From positions 9,647 to 73,646 of the IMG/VR virus record IMGVR_UViG_3300010430_000024: a stretch of DNA of 64,000 nucleotides; one strand, written 5' to 3'. The translations under genes and the position numbers were made by a program. Numbering within the stretch: the first letter of the stretch is position 1; every line of letters begins with the position of its first letter. Below are positions 1-9,350 of the stretch, in pieces. The notes beneath the pieces are model-generated. The model was not told where the DNA came from, did no database searches, and saw only the letters and a list, made by a program, of their open reading frames with translations. Source of the DNA: a virus.

Positions 1-1
1 C

Positions 2-178
2 ACCCGGCGAGGTAGCTGCCGTTCCCTCTGACGTAAAGATGGACAGGTCGAGATCGCGCCATAAACGCATCTCACCAAGATTGATCAGATCATCAATCGA
101 CCCTGCGAACTCAAGGTCGTCGTCTTCCATCCACGACTGAAGATTGGCTGAGAGTTCTGCATATGTTTTGTTGCTCAA
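2..178 (-). CDS. Head-tail adaptor/connector protein, N-terminal part (runs off window)
   Basis: Hand translation from TTG overlapping the upstream TGA: MSNKTYAELSANLQSWMEDDDLEFAGSIDDLINLGEMRLWRDLD, a typical adaptor N-terminus; not in ORF track. Confidence 0.6.
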   Translation of the reverse strand, partial: MSNKTYAELSANLQSWMEDDDLEFAGSIDDLINLGEMRLWRDLDLSIFTSEGTAATSPG

Positions 179-777
179 GGTGCCGCTCCATATATCTGCA
201 CAGAGGTGATTGCATGATCCCAGAAGGTCGCGTCAGCCTGTGGTGTGATGTAGAACGTGCCACCGTTTGTCTGGAAGTCTGACCCTGCGAACAATGGGAT
301 AACGAAGTTGAAGTGCTGTGTAACACCAGCGCCCTTGGCAAACACAGCGGTCTGCGCATAAATAATAGGGAATGAACCACCACCGACATCAAGCTCGAAC
401 TCGAACAGATTCTGCGAAGCTACTGTTGATTCAGCCGACATAGCAACACGCACCATACCGAAGTTATTCAGACCGTTCGGGATCAGTTTGTTCGTTGTTA
501 CATCCCAGAAATGCCCAGCACCACCGTGACCCGTCTCCGGGTGACCGAAGTCACCACCAGCGCCATCAATGGTCATCTGCGTTCGAGCCGCTGCCAAGAT
601 CGTGCGCGGCGAGCCTACCGTGTAGGTGCCATCCAAGTGGAAGTCCCACCCCTGATTTGCAAGGTATCGAGAGCTGACAGTAAAGTCCCGCATGTCCTGC
701 GGTGTGATTGAAGCTGGTCCCTGCCCATCAGCGAAGATGGCTTGCAGTTCAGCTTCTGTTCTTACGGTGTCTACCAT
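175..777 (-). CDS. Putative virion structural protein
   Basis: 200 aa, beta-rich, coupled overlaps within the head/neck operon. Confidence 0.55.
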   Translation of the reverse strand: MVDTVRTEAELQAIFADGQGPASITPQDMRDFTVSSRYLANQGWDFHLDGTYTVGSPRTILAAARTQMTIDGAGGDFGHPETGHGGAGHFWDVTTNKLIPNGLNNFGMVRVAMSAESTVASQNLFEFELDVGGGSFPIIYAQTAVFAKGAGVTQHFNFVIPLFAGSDFQTNGGTFYITPQADATFWDHAITSVQIYGAAP

Positions 778-1331
778 TAGTCGAACTCCGCGCTAAAGTC
801 TGAAGTGAATACATTGTCGTACGTGTATCCAAGATAATAATCATTGCCAGCCGCAGCAACACCATCAAACACTACATTGAACGGCACGGTAAATGACGGA
901 CAGTCTGCCTCGGTTCTTGTCATGGACACAAACCAGCTCATATCGTCACGCTGAATGTACACACACTCACCAAAGATAAACGTCATTGCCTGATCGAGCA
1001 CGATATGCCTCTCACCGCCAACGAGAGCCTCTGTGATCGTCCCTGTCGCTGGATACAGTATGTTCGGTTCAGGTGGGCAGGAATTCAGCCCAGTGCCGTC
1101 TGGTAACCCGTAGCCATCCTCGATAGATATCTCTGGTGCAGGTCTGTACAGGGCTATAGGATCAGTCACCGTGACTGGTATCTCTTGAGGGTGTTTCGGC
1201 TCCCACCAATCAGGATGCACCAGCAAGCCGGGAACGTGACCGTCCTCGACCAGATCGCGGTACATCATCTTCTGTCCTGAGCGCTGACACTCAGCAACAG
1301 CGTTATGACCCTTGGCGTAAGTCTTGCTCAT
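777..1331 (-). CDS. Hypothetical virion-associated protein
   Basis: 184 aa; CQRSG...WEPKHPQ N-terminal motif of the type seen next to podovirus adaptors. Confidence 0.55.
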   Translation of the reverse strand: MSKTYAKGHNAVAECQRSGQKMMYRDLVEDGHVPGLLVHPDWWEPKHPQEIPVTVTDPIALYRPAPEISIEDGYGLPDGTGLNSCPPEPNILYPATGTITEALVGGERHIVLDQAMTFIFGECVYIQRDDMSWFVSMTRTEADCPSFTVPFNVVFDGVAAAGNDYYLGYTYDNVFTSDFSAEFD

Positions 1332-2056
1332 CGATAATGTCTCGCACTCCCTCTCCTTCGCCTGCTGCCAGACGTTGGAACGATGCGTACATCACCACGC
1401 TCGCGAACAGCATTTTGAGCCTTGAAGAATGCGTTCTCTGCTTTGCCGTATAGCGCCTGTTCGAGTTCAGGTGGCGCGAACTTCTCAGCCAGACGAAACG
1501 CCAGACCGTAAGCGAAAGCATCGTACATTTGGTAAGGGATGTCAGCGGTATCAGCTGCGGTATCCGAGTCCTCGAATTTACGCACAGTGTCGAACACCAG
1601 TATGTCGGTCGAGTTCTCAGGAGTAGTCCAGAGCGTCATGGTAATGCCATCGCGCCCCTTGTCGATAAATACCCTGTCAGGTCGTCCCTCAATGTCTTTC
1701 TCAGGGATGTCGAGGTACTCACTGCGAGGCATGAATGTGACAGGCGTGTCTACGCCATTACGGCGCAACGCCACATCAATAATGTCGATGATGTTTGTAC
1801 CACTGACATCGAGATCGAAGTCCGTACCAGCAACGTAAGAAGCCTGACTCTCAACAAGAGTCATGGTCTCCTGCACGATACGGAAATCGTGATAGTCCTC
1901 AGTCGCCCATGCAGCCAACATGAAACGCATGGAGCGCCGAGCAGATAGAATGTGCCTGCCAGTAATCTTGGCAGGGTCTATCCGCGCACGCTCCATGGCC
2001 TCATCGACCAGCTCAGCGAGATCGGGATTAAAAATGTACGTCCCTGATGTCGCCAT
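1328..2056 (-). CDS. Head-tail adaptor / tail tubular protein A-like
   Basis: MATSGT...ELVDEAMER...SARRSMRFMLAAW...GRP...AFAYGLAFRLA pattern; downstream of capsid. Confidence 0.7.
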   Translation of the reverse strand: MATSGTYIFNPDLAELVDEAMERARIDPAKITGRHILSARRSMRFMLAAWATEDYHDFRIVQETMTLVESQASYVAGTDFDLDVSGTNIIDIIDVALRRNGVDTPVTFMPRSEYLDIPEKDIEGRPDRVFIDKGRDGITMTLWTTPENSTDILVFDTVRKFEDSDTAADTADIPYQMYDAFAYGLAFRLAEKFAPPELEQALYGKAENAFFKAQNAVRERGDVRIVPTSGSRRRRGSARHYR

Positions 2057-2060
2057 GAGC

Positions 2061-2438
2061 TTATCCTTGCTGAATAGTGTACGTTACAGAGCCAGTGCCA
2101 GCCGTGATGTTGATACGAATAGCAAACATCGGTTTATCCGAGATAGCAACGGAAGCATCAGCACTGCCACTCGCGATCTCGTTATCCCAGTCAGCACTCG
2201 CTGGAGCAACATACCTGTCATTCGGATTGCCTGCATTGCCACCACCGACATTAACTGCTGCAAGAGCAGTCGCGTCATACATGATGTTTTGAGAGGTAGA
2301 GTCAACCGTGAAGGTGACTGTGCCATTCGCAACAACATGTATCCTCATGTCATCGAGTGCTGTCTCAACAACTACATAGGTCGCGCCTGTACCTGCTGGC
2401 GTAGTGCCAGTGATTGGGCGTTTACGAAGGTGTCCCAT
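2061..2438 (-). CDS. Small virion structural protein
   Basis: 125 aa beta-sandwich-like ORF in head operon. Confidence 0.5.
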   Translation of the reverse strand: MGHLRKRPITGTTPAGTGATYVVVETALDDMRIHVVANGTVTFTVDSTSQNIMYDATALAAVNVGGGNAGNPNDRYVAPASADWDNEIASGSADASVAISDKPMFAIRINITAGTGSVTYTIQQG

Positions 2439-2449
2439 AAGTCACCCCC

Positions 2450-2920
2450 TTAGTTGTTTACAGAGCCATCATCATCGAACGTGTAGGTGATGAATATGTC
2501 GAACGTGCCGCCAGTAGCATTCGTGCCACCACCGTCACTAACGGTGATCTCTGCCAACTCGGTGTTTGGCACACCAAGTAACACGCCACCACCAGTGCCC
2601 ATGATCGCGGTAATGCTTGCCGTGATATCAACACCATCAACGAGACCGTCATCGTCGGGCGTACCCAACTCAAGACCTACATCAAGCAGCGGGTTAGTAC
2701 CGCCAGTCGCCGCACTGAACACATCAACCTTCAGCGGGATCGCATTGATTGGCAAAAACTTGCCAGTCAGTATTCCTGCTGCGGCGAGAGTTGCGTCAAT
2801 GCCTCTAATTGCCAATACAACCGGAACTACAGCAACTGCTGGTGCCGGGGTTTTACTGCTGCTTGCCTCTGTTGCGCCACTGGCTCTCCAGTAGCCTTTA
2901 ATTGTACTTCTGATACCCAT
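2450..2920 (-). CDS. Putative capsid decoration protein
   Basis: 156 aa Gly/Ala/Thr-rich, directly after major capsid gene. Confidence 0.5.
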   Translation of the reverse strand: MGIRSTIKGYWRASGATEASSSKTPAPAVAVVPVVLAIRGIDATLAAAGILTGKFLPINAIPLKVDVFSAATGGTNPLLDVGLELGTPDDDGLVDGVDITASITAIMGTGGGVLLGVPNTELAEITVSDGGGTNATGGTFDIFITYTFDDDGSVNN

Positions 2921-2957
2921 CTGTCTGTCTCCAGTCCACTAAGTGGTCGTCAGGGTG

Positions 2958-2982
2958 AAAGGCAGGGACCGAAGTCCCTGCC
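2958..2982 (-). terminator. Hairpin/weak terminator after major capsid gene
   Basis: GGCAGGGAC-TTCG-GTCCCTGCC-TTT on minus strand. Confidence 0.6.
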
Positions 2983-2993
2983 AATCAGGTTGC

Positions 2994-3908
2994 TTATGCG
3001 CTTCCAGAACTTCCGAATGCGCCTCGGTAGTCAGACCAACCGAACGTGTAGCGTTCACGCGCTTTGTAACGCATGTTGCCAGTCTCGAAGTCGCCTTCAA
3101 GACCACGTTGGATGTTCTTCCTGACCATGTGCTTCAAGCCATCCGGGCAGTCAGTAATCAAAGTCCACGCACTGGGGTCCGTGAGACGATGATTCTTATG
3201 CGATCCACCGGGGATCATGCCCATCTTCTTCACGGCATTGATATCGTTGTCTGCCGTACCGGGACGGTAAGGAGACATCAACAGCCGCTCAGCGACAAAG
3301 CATAGGTCGGTTGGGATGATTAACTTGGTAGCTCGAACAGCGATAGGGATCGAACGCTCGTCCACGAACTTGCTGATGGCGATCAGAGCTTCCTCAAGAG
3401 AGGTCTCCGACAGGTCAGCCTGTGTCGTAAACGTGTTCGCCTGCGTGCCACCGCCGAAGAGCGGATGCGCCGTCGAGAACAACTCAACTCCGTCACCGCC
3501 CGGATAGGCAGAGTCGTAGCCGTTGTTCAAGGTAGCCGCACCTTTAACTTCCTTGGTGTGCTGCATTGAGCGTGCAAGTGCCTTGGAGTACTTAGAGCCG
3601 AACGATCCATACAGACCATCTTCCTCAGCTTCTTCCGTCAGGGAGAAGGCAAGGGCAATAGTCTCGTGGACATATCGTGACGTGAATGCTTCGCCGCCCT
3701 GATCATAACTGACCGGAGCACCTTCAGGCTTAACTGGAGCACCAGCCAGACCTGCAAGCAACACATCCTCTTCATACGCTTTAGTGGAATTCTCTACCGC
3801 ATAGATAGGTCTCCACTCCTGCTCGTACCTACGAAACTCCAGCCCGAAGACGGTGTTCAAGCCTTCTTGCAAGAGCTTACGAAAACGAGCGCGATTCATG
3901 ATAGCCAT
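2994..3908 (-). CDS. Major capsid protein (HK97 fold)
   Basis: RKLLQEGLNTVFGLE...TIALAFSLTEE...KALARSMQHTKEV...GDGVELFSTAHP...YKARERYTFGWSDYRG. Confidence 0.9.
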   Translation of the reverse strand: MAIMNRARFRKLLQEGLNTVFGLEFRRYEQEWRPIYAVENSTKAYEEDVLLAGLAGAPVKPEGAPVSYDQGGEAFTSRYVHETIALAFSLTEEAEEDGLYGSFGSKYSKALARSMQHTKEVKGAATLNNGYDSAYPGGDGVELFSTAHPLFGGGTQANTFTTQADLSETSLEEALIAISKFVDERSIPIAVRATKLIIPTDLCFVAERLLMSPYRPGTADNDINAVKKMGMIPGGSHKNHRLTDPSAWTLITDCPDGLKHMVRKNIQRGLEGDFETGNMRYKARERYTFGWSDYRGAFGSSGSA

Positions 3909-3920
3909 TATTACGCTCCT

Positions 3921-4511
3921 TTACGTAGTAGGTTTAGCAGCTTCAAGCACTGCTTCGTTGAAGATGACTTCGACCTTGGCGTTCGCACCAATTTCGGCAG
4001 GGAAAATGCCGTCAGGTGCGGTAGCTAGACCGAGAGTCAGGAACTGACCAGTTGCGCCGTACGTCGAATCCAACTGTTGACCGGAGACACCAGTAGCAGC
4101 ATTACCTGCCGTAACGTCTTCCATGTCAGCAGCCAGACCAATATTCGCAGCAGCGATGGTCAGGGCTTGTACTGCGTAAACGATGCCGGGGTCGGTATAG
4201 ACGAACGCCTCAGCAGCTACACTGCCAAGAGTTGCCGTACCGGAAGCCCATTGCTTTTTCCACTGCACGTCGCCTGCTGCATCTGTGTACTGGCAACCCG
4301 CGAATACTCCTAGAACTACCGGAGATGGGGTGCCCTGTGCACCTACGGCAACATCGATGTTCTTACTGGTGCCAGTAAGAATAACAACGTCACCAAGGAA
4401 GATGTCGGACGCGAGAGCAGAAGCAATAGTAAAACCGCCATCGTAACGCACAGTGCCACCCTTGAGGTGGCGAACGGGACTAAACCCGCTTTTTGCGTCG
4501 AGATTTGCCAT
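3921..4511 (-). CDS. Capsid cement/decoration protein
   Basis: MANLDAKSGFSPV...IFLGDVV...GVFAGCQYTD motif, immediately upstream of the capsid gene. Confidence 0.65.
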   Translation of the reverse strand: MANLDAKSGFSPVRHLKGGTVRYDGGFTIASALASDIFLGDVVILTGTSKNIDVAVGAQGTPSPVVLGVFAGCQYTDAAGDVQWKKQWASGTATLGSVAAEAFVYTDPGIVYAVQALTIAAANIGLAADMEDVTAGNAATGVSGQQLDSTYGATGQFLTLGLATAPDGIFPAEIGANAKVEVIFNEAVLEAAKPTT

Positions 4512-4522
4512 TGAACATTCCT

Positions 4523-5083
4523 TTATTCATCGTCAGCCACCCTAACGGGTTGTACCCGTCTTGCTGGGTGGGACACCGATGTTTTATGCTCTGAAATAAT
4601 CGGATGCCCCGCTATCTGGGCCGACTCAAGGTCATGTTCAACGCTTAGCATCTGGTTCGCAGTATCGCGCCTGATGGTTTCTTTGCGATTCTCAAGGACA
4701 CGTGAGTCGATCTCCATCAAGATGAGATCATCCACCACAATCATCCCCTCATTTGAATTCGCGAAGGTGGCATAAATGCGCCAGTCTTCAGGCAACGAAT
4801 CAGGTGACCGAGGTCTCCATCCTTCGCGCCATGCACGGTTCAAATTTTTGGGATCATCCGCACCGAATAGTGACTTCCTGACCCAGCGTTGAGTCATTCC
4901 ATCCTGAGCAGGTGGTGCGTCGAGCGAACTCGGTCGCACCCACTGGGCCTCAGTTTGTTGGTGGGTGGCATCGTACTCCGACATCTCGTCCACACGAGAC
5001 TCGTGTCCATGGTCAACGCCATGGGTGGTAACAGCTGGCTTAGGTGCTACCTTTTTGCTTACTTTCTTTTTGCTGGCAGTCAT
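4523..5083 (-). CDS. Head-module protein with basic N-tail
   Basis: RPSSLDAPP...RWVR...REGW motif; lies between scaffold and cement genes. Confidence 0.6.
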   Translation of the reverse strand: MTASKKKVSKKVAPKPAVTTHGVDHGHESRVDEMSEYDATHQQTEAQWVRPSSLDAPPAQDGMTQRWVRKSLFGADDPKNLNRAWREGWRPRSPDSLPEDWRIYATFANSNEGMIVVDDLILMEIDSRVLENRKETIRRDTANQMLSVEHDLESAQIAGHPIISEHKTSVSHPARRVQPVRVADDE

Positions 5084-6135
5084 CGGTTTTCTCCTTGCTC
5101 GGCTTCTCGCTTATTACGTGCAAACTCTCTCAAGACCTCTGGGTCGTTCGGGTCAAGATTAAATTGCCGCATAGTCGCAAAATCCTCCGCATCAAGATTA
5201 ACCTTACTGCTGCTGGATCGCTGGTGGCGTGTTTCATTGCCGCCGACTGGAGCTACAACAGGTTTGCCTCGTCGTCTCTCGGTGTCAGTGTCGCTCTCGG
5301 CACCAGCATCCAAATCATCATACAGTTCCGGTGCCTTCTCCTGAATTCGCTTGTTGAGTTCTTTGAAGTACTCAGGCGTATTAGGATCGTAACCGTCTGC
5401 ATAAACCTCTTTATCAAGGCGATTGGCAAGACGGGTCTGTCGTTCAAACCCGTCTTGTTTGTACCAATCACCTTGGTCTTCCATCCACTTCGACGTTTCC
5501 GTATCTGTGGCTTTCCGACTCGTTGGTGTAACTCTATCATCAAACGGTTGTACATTACCATCTGGTGATAGATTGTCTAGGTTGGTTTCAGCCATCACTT
5601 TGTCAGCTTTCAGATCAGTAAGCCGCGTCGTGAGACGCACCTGATCGTCTGTCTTACCGTCCTCAATAGCTTGTTTGAGATCGGCCTGAGTCTGCGTGAT
5701 AGCCGAACCAGCCTGTTCGACAGTTCTCTGGAAGGCTTTCTTGTCTCGGTCATGGGAGTCTTTAGCAAGCCTGTTCGCCTGCTCTTCCCAGTAATCGCCG
5801 CGCTGCTTTTCCTTAGCCGTTGCTCGTGTAGCGCGTTGAATCCGAGCCTTCACCTTCTTCGAGTATCCGTCATCGTCACTGTCACTACTTGCAGTCTGCT
5901 TCTTGCTGTCTTGCTTATCGGCTGCTGAATCATCTACTGAGTCATCAACGTCTGCGGATCGCAATCCATCAAGCTGCTGGCTGTCGTCGTTTACGTCACT
6001 AACGTCTGCCGATTGTGCATCGGGAGATAGTTGAATGCCGTCGTCTTTCGTGTCAGCGTCCAAGTCCACAGTAACAGGTTCTTTCTCCTGCATACCGTGT
6101 AAGTCTTCAAAAACTATTTCATTTTCAGTGCCCAT
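5080..6135 (-). CDS. Capsid scaffolding protein
   Basis: Acidic N-terminus, YSKKVKARI coiled coil, position between portal and capsid. Confidence 0.7.
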   Translation of the reverse strand: MGTENEIVFEDLHGMQEKEPVTVDLDADTKDDGIQLSPDAQSADVSDVNDDSQQLDGLRSADVDDSVDDSAADKQDSKKQTASSDSDDDGYSKKVKARIQRATRATAKEKQRGDYWEEQANRLAKDSHDRDKKAFQRTVEQAGSAITQTQADLKQAIEDGKTDDQVRLTTRLTDLKADKVMAETNLDNLSPDGNVQPFDDRVTPTSRKATDTETSKWMEDQGDWYKQDGFERQTRLANRLDKEVYADGYDPNTPEYFKELNKRIQEKAPELYDDLDAGAESDTDTERRRGKPVVAPVGGNETRHQRSSSSKVNLDAEDFATMRQFNLDPNDPEVLREFARNKREAEQGENR

Positions 6136-6147
6136 TATTCACCCCTG

Positions 6148-6546
6148 CTAAATGTGTGCGCGGAACTGAGTCGGGTCTTTAACGATAGCCATAACGCCAT
6201 CGTCATTCATCGATAAGTACTTCACGCCGTTTTTCATGTGGACCTTCTGCCCACCGTAAGTGCCAAACACTATCCAGTCACCAACCTTCGGCTTTGGATC
6301 AACGTCTGCCAGATTGATACCCGAACGAGTGACAGCCTTGTAGCAAAGATTACCCATCGCTACGATCTGTCCGACGTACGTCAGGTACTCTTCTGACTCG
6401 CGTGCAGTCTCAGCGTAGACAATCCCACCAGCTGATTCCTTTGGTGGCTCGTACGGTCTGACAATCAAGCGCCATCCAATCGGTGTGAGCGGCAGCTCTG
6501 CCTCGACCTTTGGAGCTACAAAAGAAACCTCACCCATTGTCGTCAC
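6148..6546 (-). CDS. groES: GroES-like co-chaperonin
   Basis: PIGWRLIV...SAGGI...GQIVAMG...KVGDWIVFGTYGG...MNDDGVMAI (Cpn10 signature). Confidence 0.85.
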   Translation of the reverse strand: MTTMGEVSFVAPKVEAELPLTPIGWRLIVRPYEPPKESAGGIVYAETARESEEYLTYVGQIVAMGNLCYKAVTRSGINLADVDPKPKVGDWIVFGTYGGQKVHMKNGVKYLSMNDDGVMAIVKDPTQFRAHI

Positions 6547-6769
6547 CCGTCATCTCTGGAAGGTCACTATCGTCTGCTGCCTCAATCATCTTGTTGAGTA
6601 AGTCCTTGGATATCTTGACGGTCTGCTCCATGCCCTGAATGCGACCGCACGCTCGGTTGTACGCCTCCATATTTGGTAGCGAACCCTTCGCTATCGTGAC
6701 GGACTGTTCGACCACTGACTGCTTGATGATCGTTTCGAGGTTCTTTATGAAATGTCTAACTTGTTGCAT
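6530..6769 (-). CDS. Small portal-adjacent protein
   Basis: 79 aa; YNRACGRIQG motif; between portal and GroES. Confidence 0.55.
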   Translation of the reverse strand: MQQVRHFIKNLETIIKQSVVEQSVTIAKGSLPNMEAYNRACGRIQGMEQTVKISKDLLNKMIEAADDSDLPEMTGDDNG

Positions 6770-6935
6770 CTAACTTTCTCCTTGCTACGCCTGCCAGTTT
6801 ATCGAGCAGTGTTTGATATGACGCGCCAGTCTCCTGTGCGGAACGGGCGAATTGTCGAGGGGATACACCACGAACGCCTCTCTTACGGAGGAACTCGCGT
6901 GCTGCACGCACTTCTTTAGGTTTTGGTTGTGCCAC
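6756..6935 (-). CDS. Small basic hypothetical protein
   Basis: GTG start overlapping portal end; Arg/Lys-rich. Confidence 0.4.
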   Translation of the reverse strand: MAQPKPKEVRAAREFLRKRGVRGVSPRQFARSAQETGASYQTLLDKLAGVARRKLDATS

Positions 6936-9348
6936 TCGGTCGTGCCTTTTTCTGTGTCGCAGCTTTTGCCGCTGCCAGCTTATCTTCTCTTGCGATCTTT
7001 GCTTCGTTAGCTCTTGCTTCACGAGCCTCCTTCCTGTTCGCCATGAAGTCATCGCGCTGCTCTTTGCTCATCGCAGCAGCCTCTTGACGCTCTATATCTG
7101 CGAGGGTGGCTTCATCCTGCCGTGCCATCAATCTGTCGTGGGCATCGTCCAGTCTCGCCTGCTCGCGTTCATGCACTTCATCGTCAGGGTCCATGCTGTC
7201 GTCAGGGTCCATGATCTGTATCTGCGGAACCTGAGCCGCTGCCTGTGCGATCTGCTGCTCCAGCTCTGGTGGCATTGGCTGCTCTGGACCAAACTGTCCG
7301 GGTTGCGGCAACTGGTTACCCAGCATCCGTTGCATTTCCACGAAGTACTTGAATGAGTAATGCTGTGCCATGTGCGCCTGCATGATCGGACCCAGCTGCT
7401 CCAGTGCCTCTGGTTGCAGACCATTGACAAAGTTCATGTGCACCTTGATGTGTGCGTCATGGTCTTGGTCGATGAACGGTTGGGCACTCTGCCCTTGCAG
7501 CATGTCCATGTTCTCCATCACAGGGTCTTTGCGCTGTGGCTGGTTCTTCTGCAACACACCGTCTGGATCAGGGATGCGAATAGCCTTCAGGAAGCGCTCT
7601 TCGACCTCCATGCGGTTGTACAGGTCAGGCGCTTGTGTTGCCCTCTCGATGAGAGCTTGTCCCTGAGCGATCCTCTGAGTGCTTGAGAAGATGTTCGGAT
7701 CACTGATGGGAATAACATCGACCCTGCCGTCGTAGTCATTACGGAGCACTACAGACTCAGGGTCTTCAACCTTGTAAGGGTACTGGTCCGGTAGGAATTC
7801 ATAGTTTAGCTCAGCACGTAGTTTGAACTCTTCTGCCGCCGCCATATGTAGACGGCGATGGATGGCAGACAAGGGCTTACTGCCCTGCTCTATGAGTGCG
7901 ATGGTTGTACCCACCGGACCAGTGTTCGATGCCTCACCTGTCAGCACTTCTGTTGAGCTGCTGAACGATTTGCCTGCCTCAAGCAGAACCTCGAACAGTT
8001 TAGCCAGTGCTGGCGATGGGTCTTTGAATGGTGGCGTGTAGAAGGCGCGTGCCAACTCTTCAGCCGACATGTTCACTTCTTTGTACAGTCCCGGCGTGAT
8101 GTGCTCGTCACCGGGCTTCAGCTTAGCGTCATTGGAGACGTAGCCACCCTGCATGTTGGCGAACGCAGCAGAGTCGAGAAGCGCCCTGATGGTCGCTGAC
8201 GTAGCCTCAGCCACGCTGCCGATGAGGTGCAGCAAACCAAAGCCGTAGAAGCCCAGACCCGGAAGATATTTGTAGTGCGTGAACCAGATGCGCTTTTGCA
8301 TCAGCTCGTCATCTTCCCTCCAGTTGCGACGGATGGATAACACCTCACGTGTCTCACGCTCGATGGTGACGATGTACGGCAGTGGTGACTGCTTGCCGTA
8401 GCGCTCTTGGTCAGTATCTACCATCAAGTCGCAGTGACACTCAAGCACGGTGTACACGTTGTCATCGGTGTGCGTGTCAGGAGACCGTGAGTCAGCAATG
8501 TCCTCATGCTCTCGGATGCGGTCATCACCAGTGTCTGTTGCATACGGTGTCAGGTCAGGTAGCTCCAGCGCCTCCCAGAACCCTGACTCGAACAGCTTCT
8601 TCATCTCTGTCGAGTTCTTGAACATCCGATGCGTGTAGCGTGGTGAACTCGCAAGGTCGGTGGCGATGTACGGCACGATGAAATCAGACGATGGGATGTA
8701 GCGACTCACCACCATGTTGCTGAGGCTGTCCCAGTACGTTTTCTTGAACGCTGATCCACCCAGTGGCAGATAGAACAACATCGAATCGACCTGCCAGAAG
8801 TAGCTGCGATCCTGATCAAGAATCTGGTAGTTCATGTGGTTCTTGATGCGGTCGGCTTGATCCTCTGTTTCGCGAGTCATCTCACCCACGACCTTGGTCT
8901 TCACTGGTCCTTCTGATGGGAATATCTCTTCGATGGCACGCGCCTGAAATTGCACCACAGCTTCACCAATGAGCGGATACGTCACTGCACTGGCACCATC
9001 GAATGGCAGCTCTTCACCGGGGATGTTGTTCAGACCCAACAGCTCCATGGCTTGATCCATGCGTTGCTCCCAGTCCTTACGAGACTCGATGTCGGTCTCC
9101 ACCCACTCGATCACATCGTTAGCCAGCTTCTGAAGCTCGGTGCGGGACAAGTCGTACATGATGTTAGCTGCGTGCTCATCACTGTCGTCTTGCGACATAC
9201 GGCTCATACCGGGATTGAAGTCTACCGTGGCGCTGTTGCCGCGACGTGTTATCTGTGCGCCGCCAACCTCACCAGAGAATCCCTCATCAGGCATCTCTGG
9301 CATCTCAGGACTACGCCCGTAATCAATATCGTCTGGTCGTGTTGCCAT
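6916..9348 (-). CDS. Portal protein
   Basis: SRKDWE...PFDGAS...YLPLGGSAFKK...FYGFGLLHLIG...PVGTTIALIE; follows terL. Confidence 0.9.
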   Translation of the reverse strand: MATRPDDIDYGRSPEMPEMPDEGFSGEVGGAQITRRGNSATVDFNPGMSRMSQDDSDEHAANIMYDLSRTELQKLANDVIEWVETDIESRKDWEQRMDQAMELLGLNNIPGEELPFDGASAVTYPLIGEAVVQFQARAIEEIFPSEGPVKTKVVGEMTRETEDQADRIKNHMNYQILDQDRSYFWQVDSMLFYLPLGGSAFKKTYWDSLSNMVVSRYIPSSDFIVPYIATDLASSPRYTHRMFKNSTEMKKLFESGFWEALELPDLTPYATDTGDDRIREHEDIADSRSPDTHTDDNVYTVLECHCDLMVDTDQERYGKQSPLPYIVTIERETREVLSIRRNWREDDELMQKRIWFTHYKYLPGLGFYGFGLLHLIGSVAEATSATIRALLDSAAFANMQGGYVSNDAKLKPGDEHITPGLYKEVNMSAEELARAFYTPPFKDPSPALAKLFEVLLEAGKSFSSSTEVLTGEASNTGPVGTTIALIEQGSKPLSAIHRRLHMAAAEEFKLRAELNYEFLPDQYPYKVEDPESVVLRNDYDGRVDVIPISDPNIFSSTQRIAQGQALIERATQAPDLYNRMEVEERFLKAIRIPDPDGVLQKNQPQRKDPVMENMDMLQGQSAQPFIDQDHDAHIKVHMNFVNGLQPEALEQLGPIMQAHMAQHYSFKYFVEMQRMLGNQLPQPGQFGPEQPMPPELEQQIAQAAAQVPQIQIMDPDDSMDPDDEVHEREQARLDDAHDRLMARQDEATLADIERQEAAAMSKEQRDDFMANRKEAREARANEAKIAREDKLAAAKAATQKKARPSGTTKT

Positions 9349-9350
9349 GG

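Noticed and set aside
6148-6546. GroES as a novelty
   Set aside because: GroES between portal and scaffold is a known arrangement in environmental phages.
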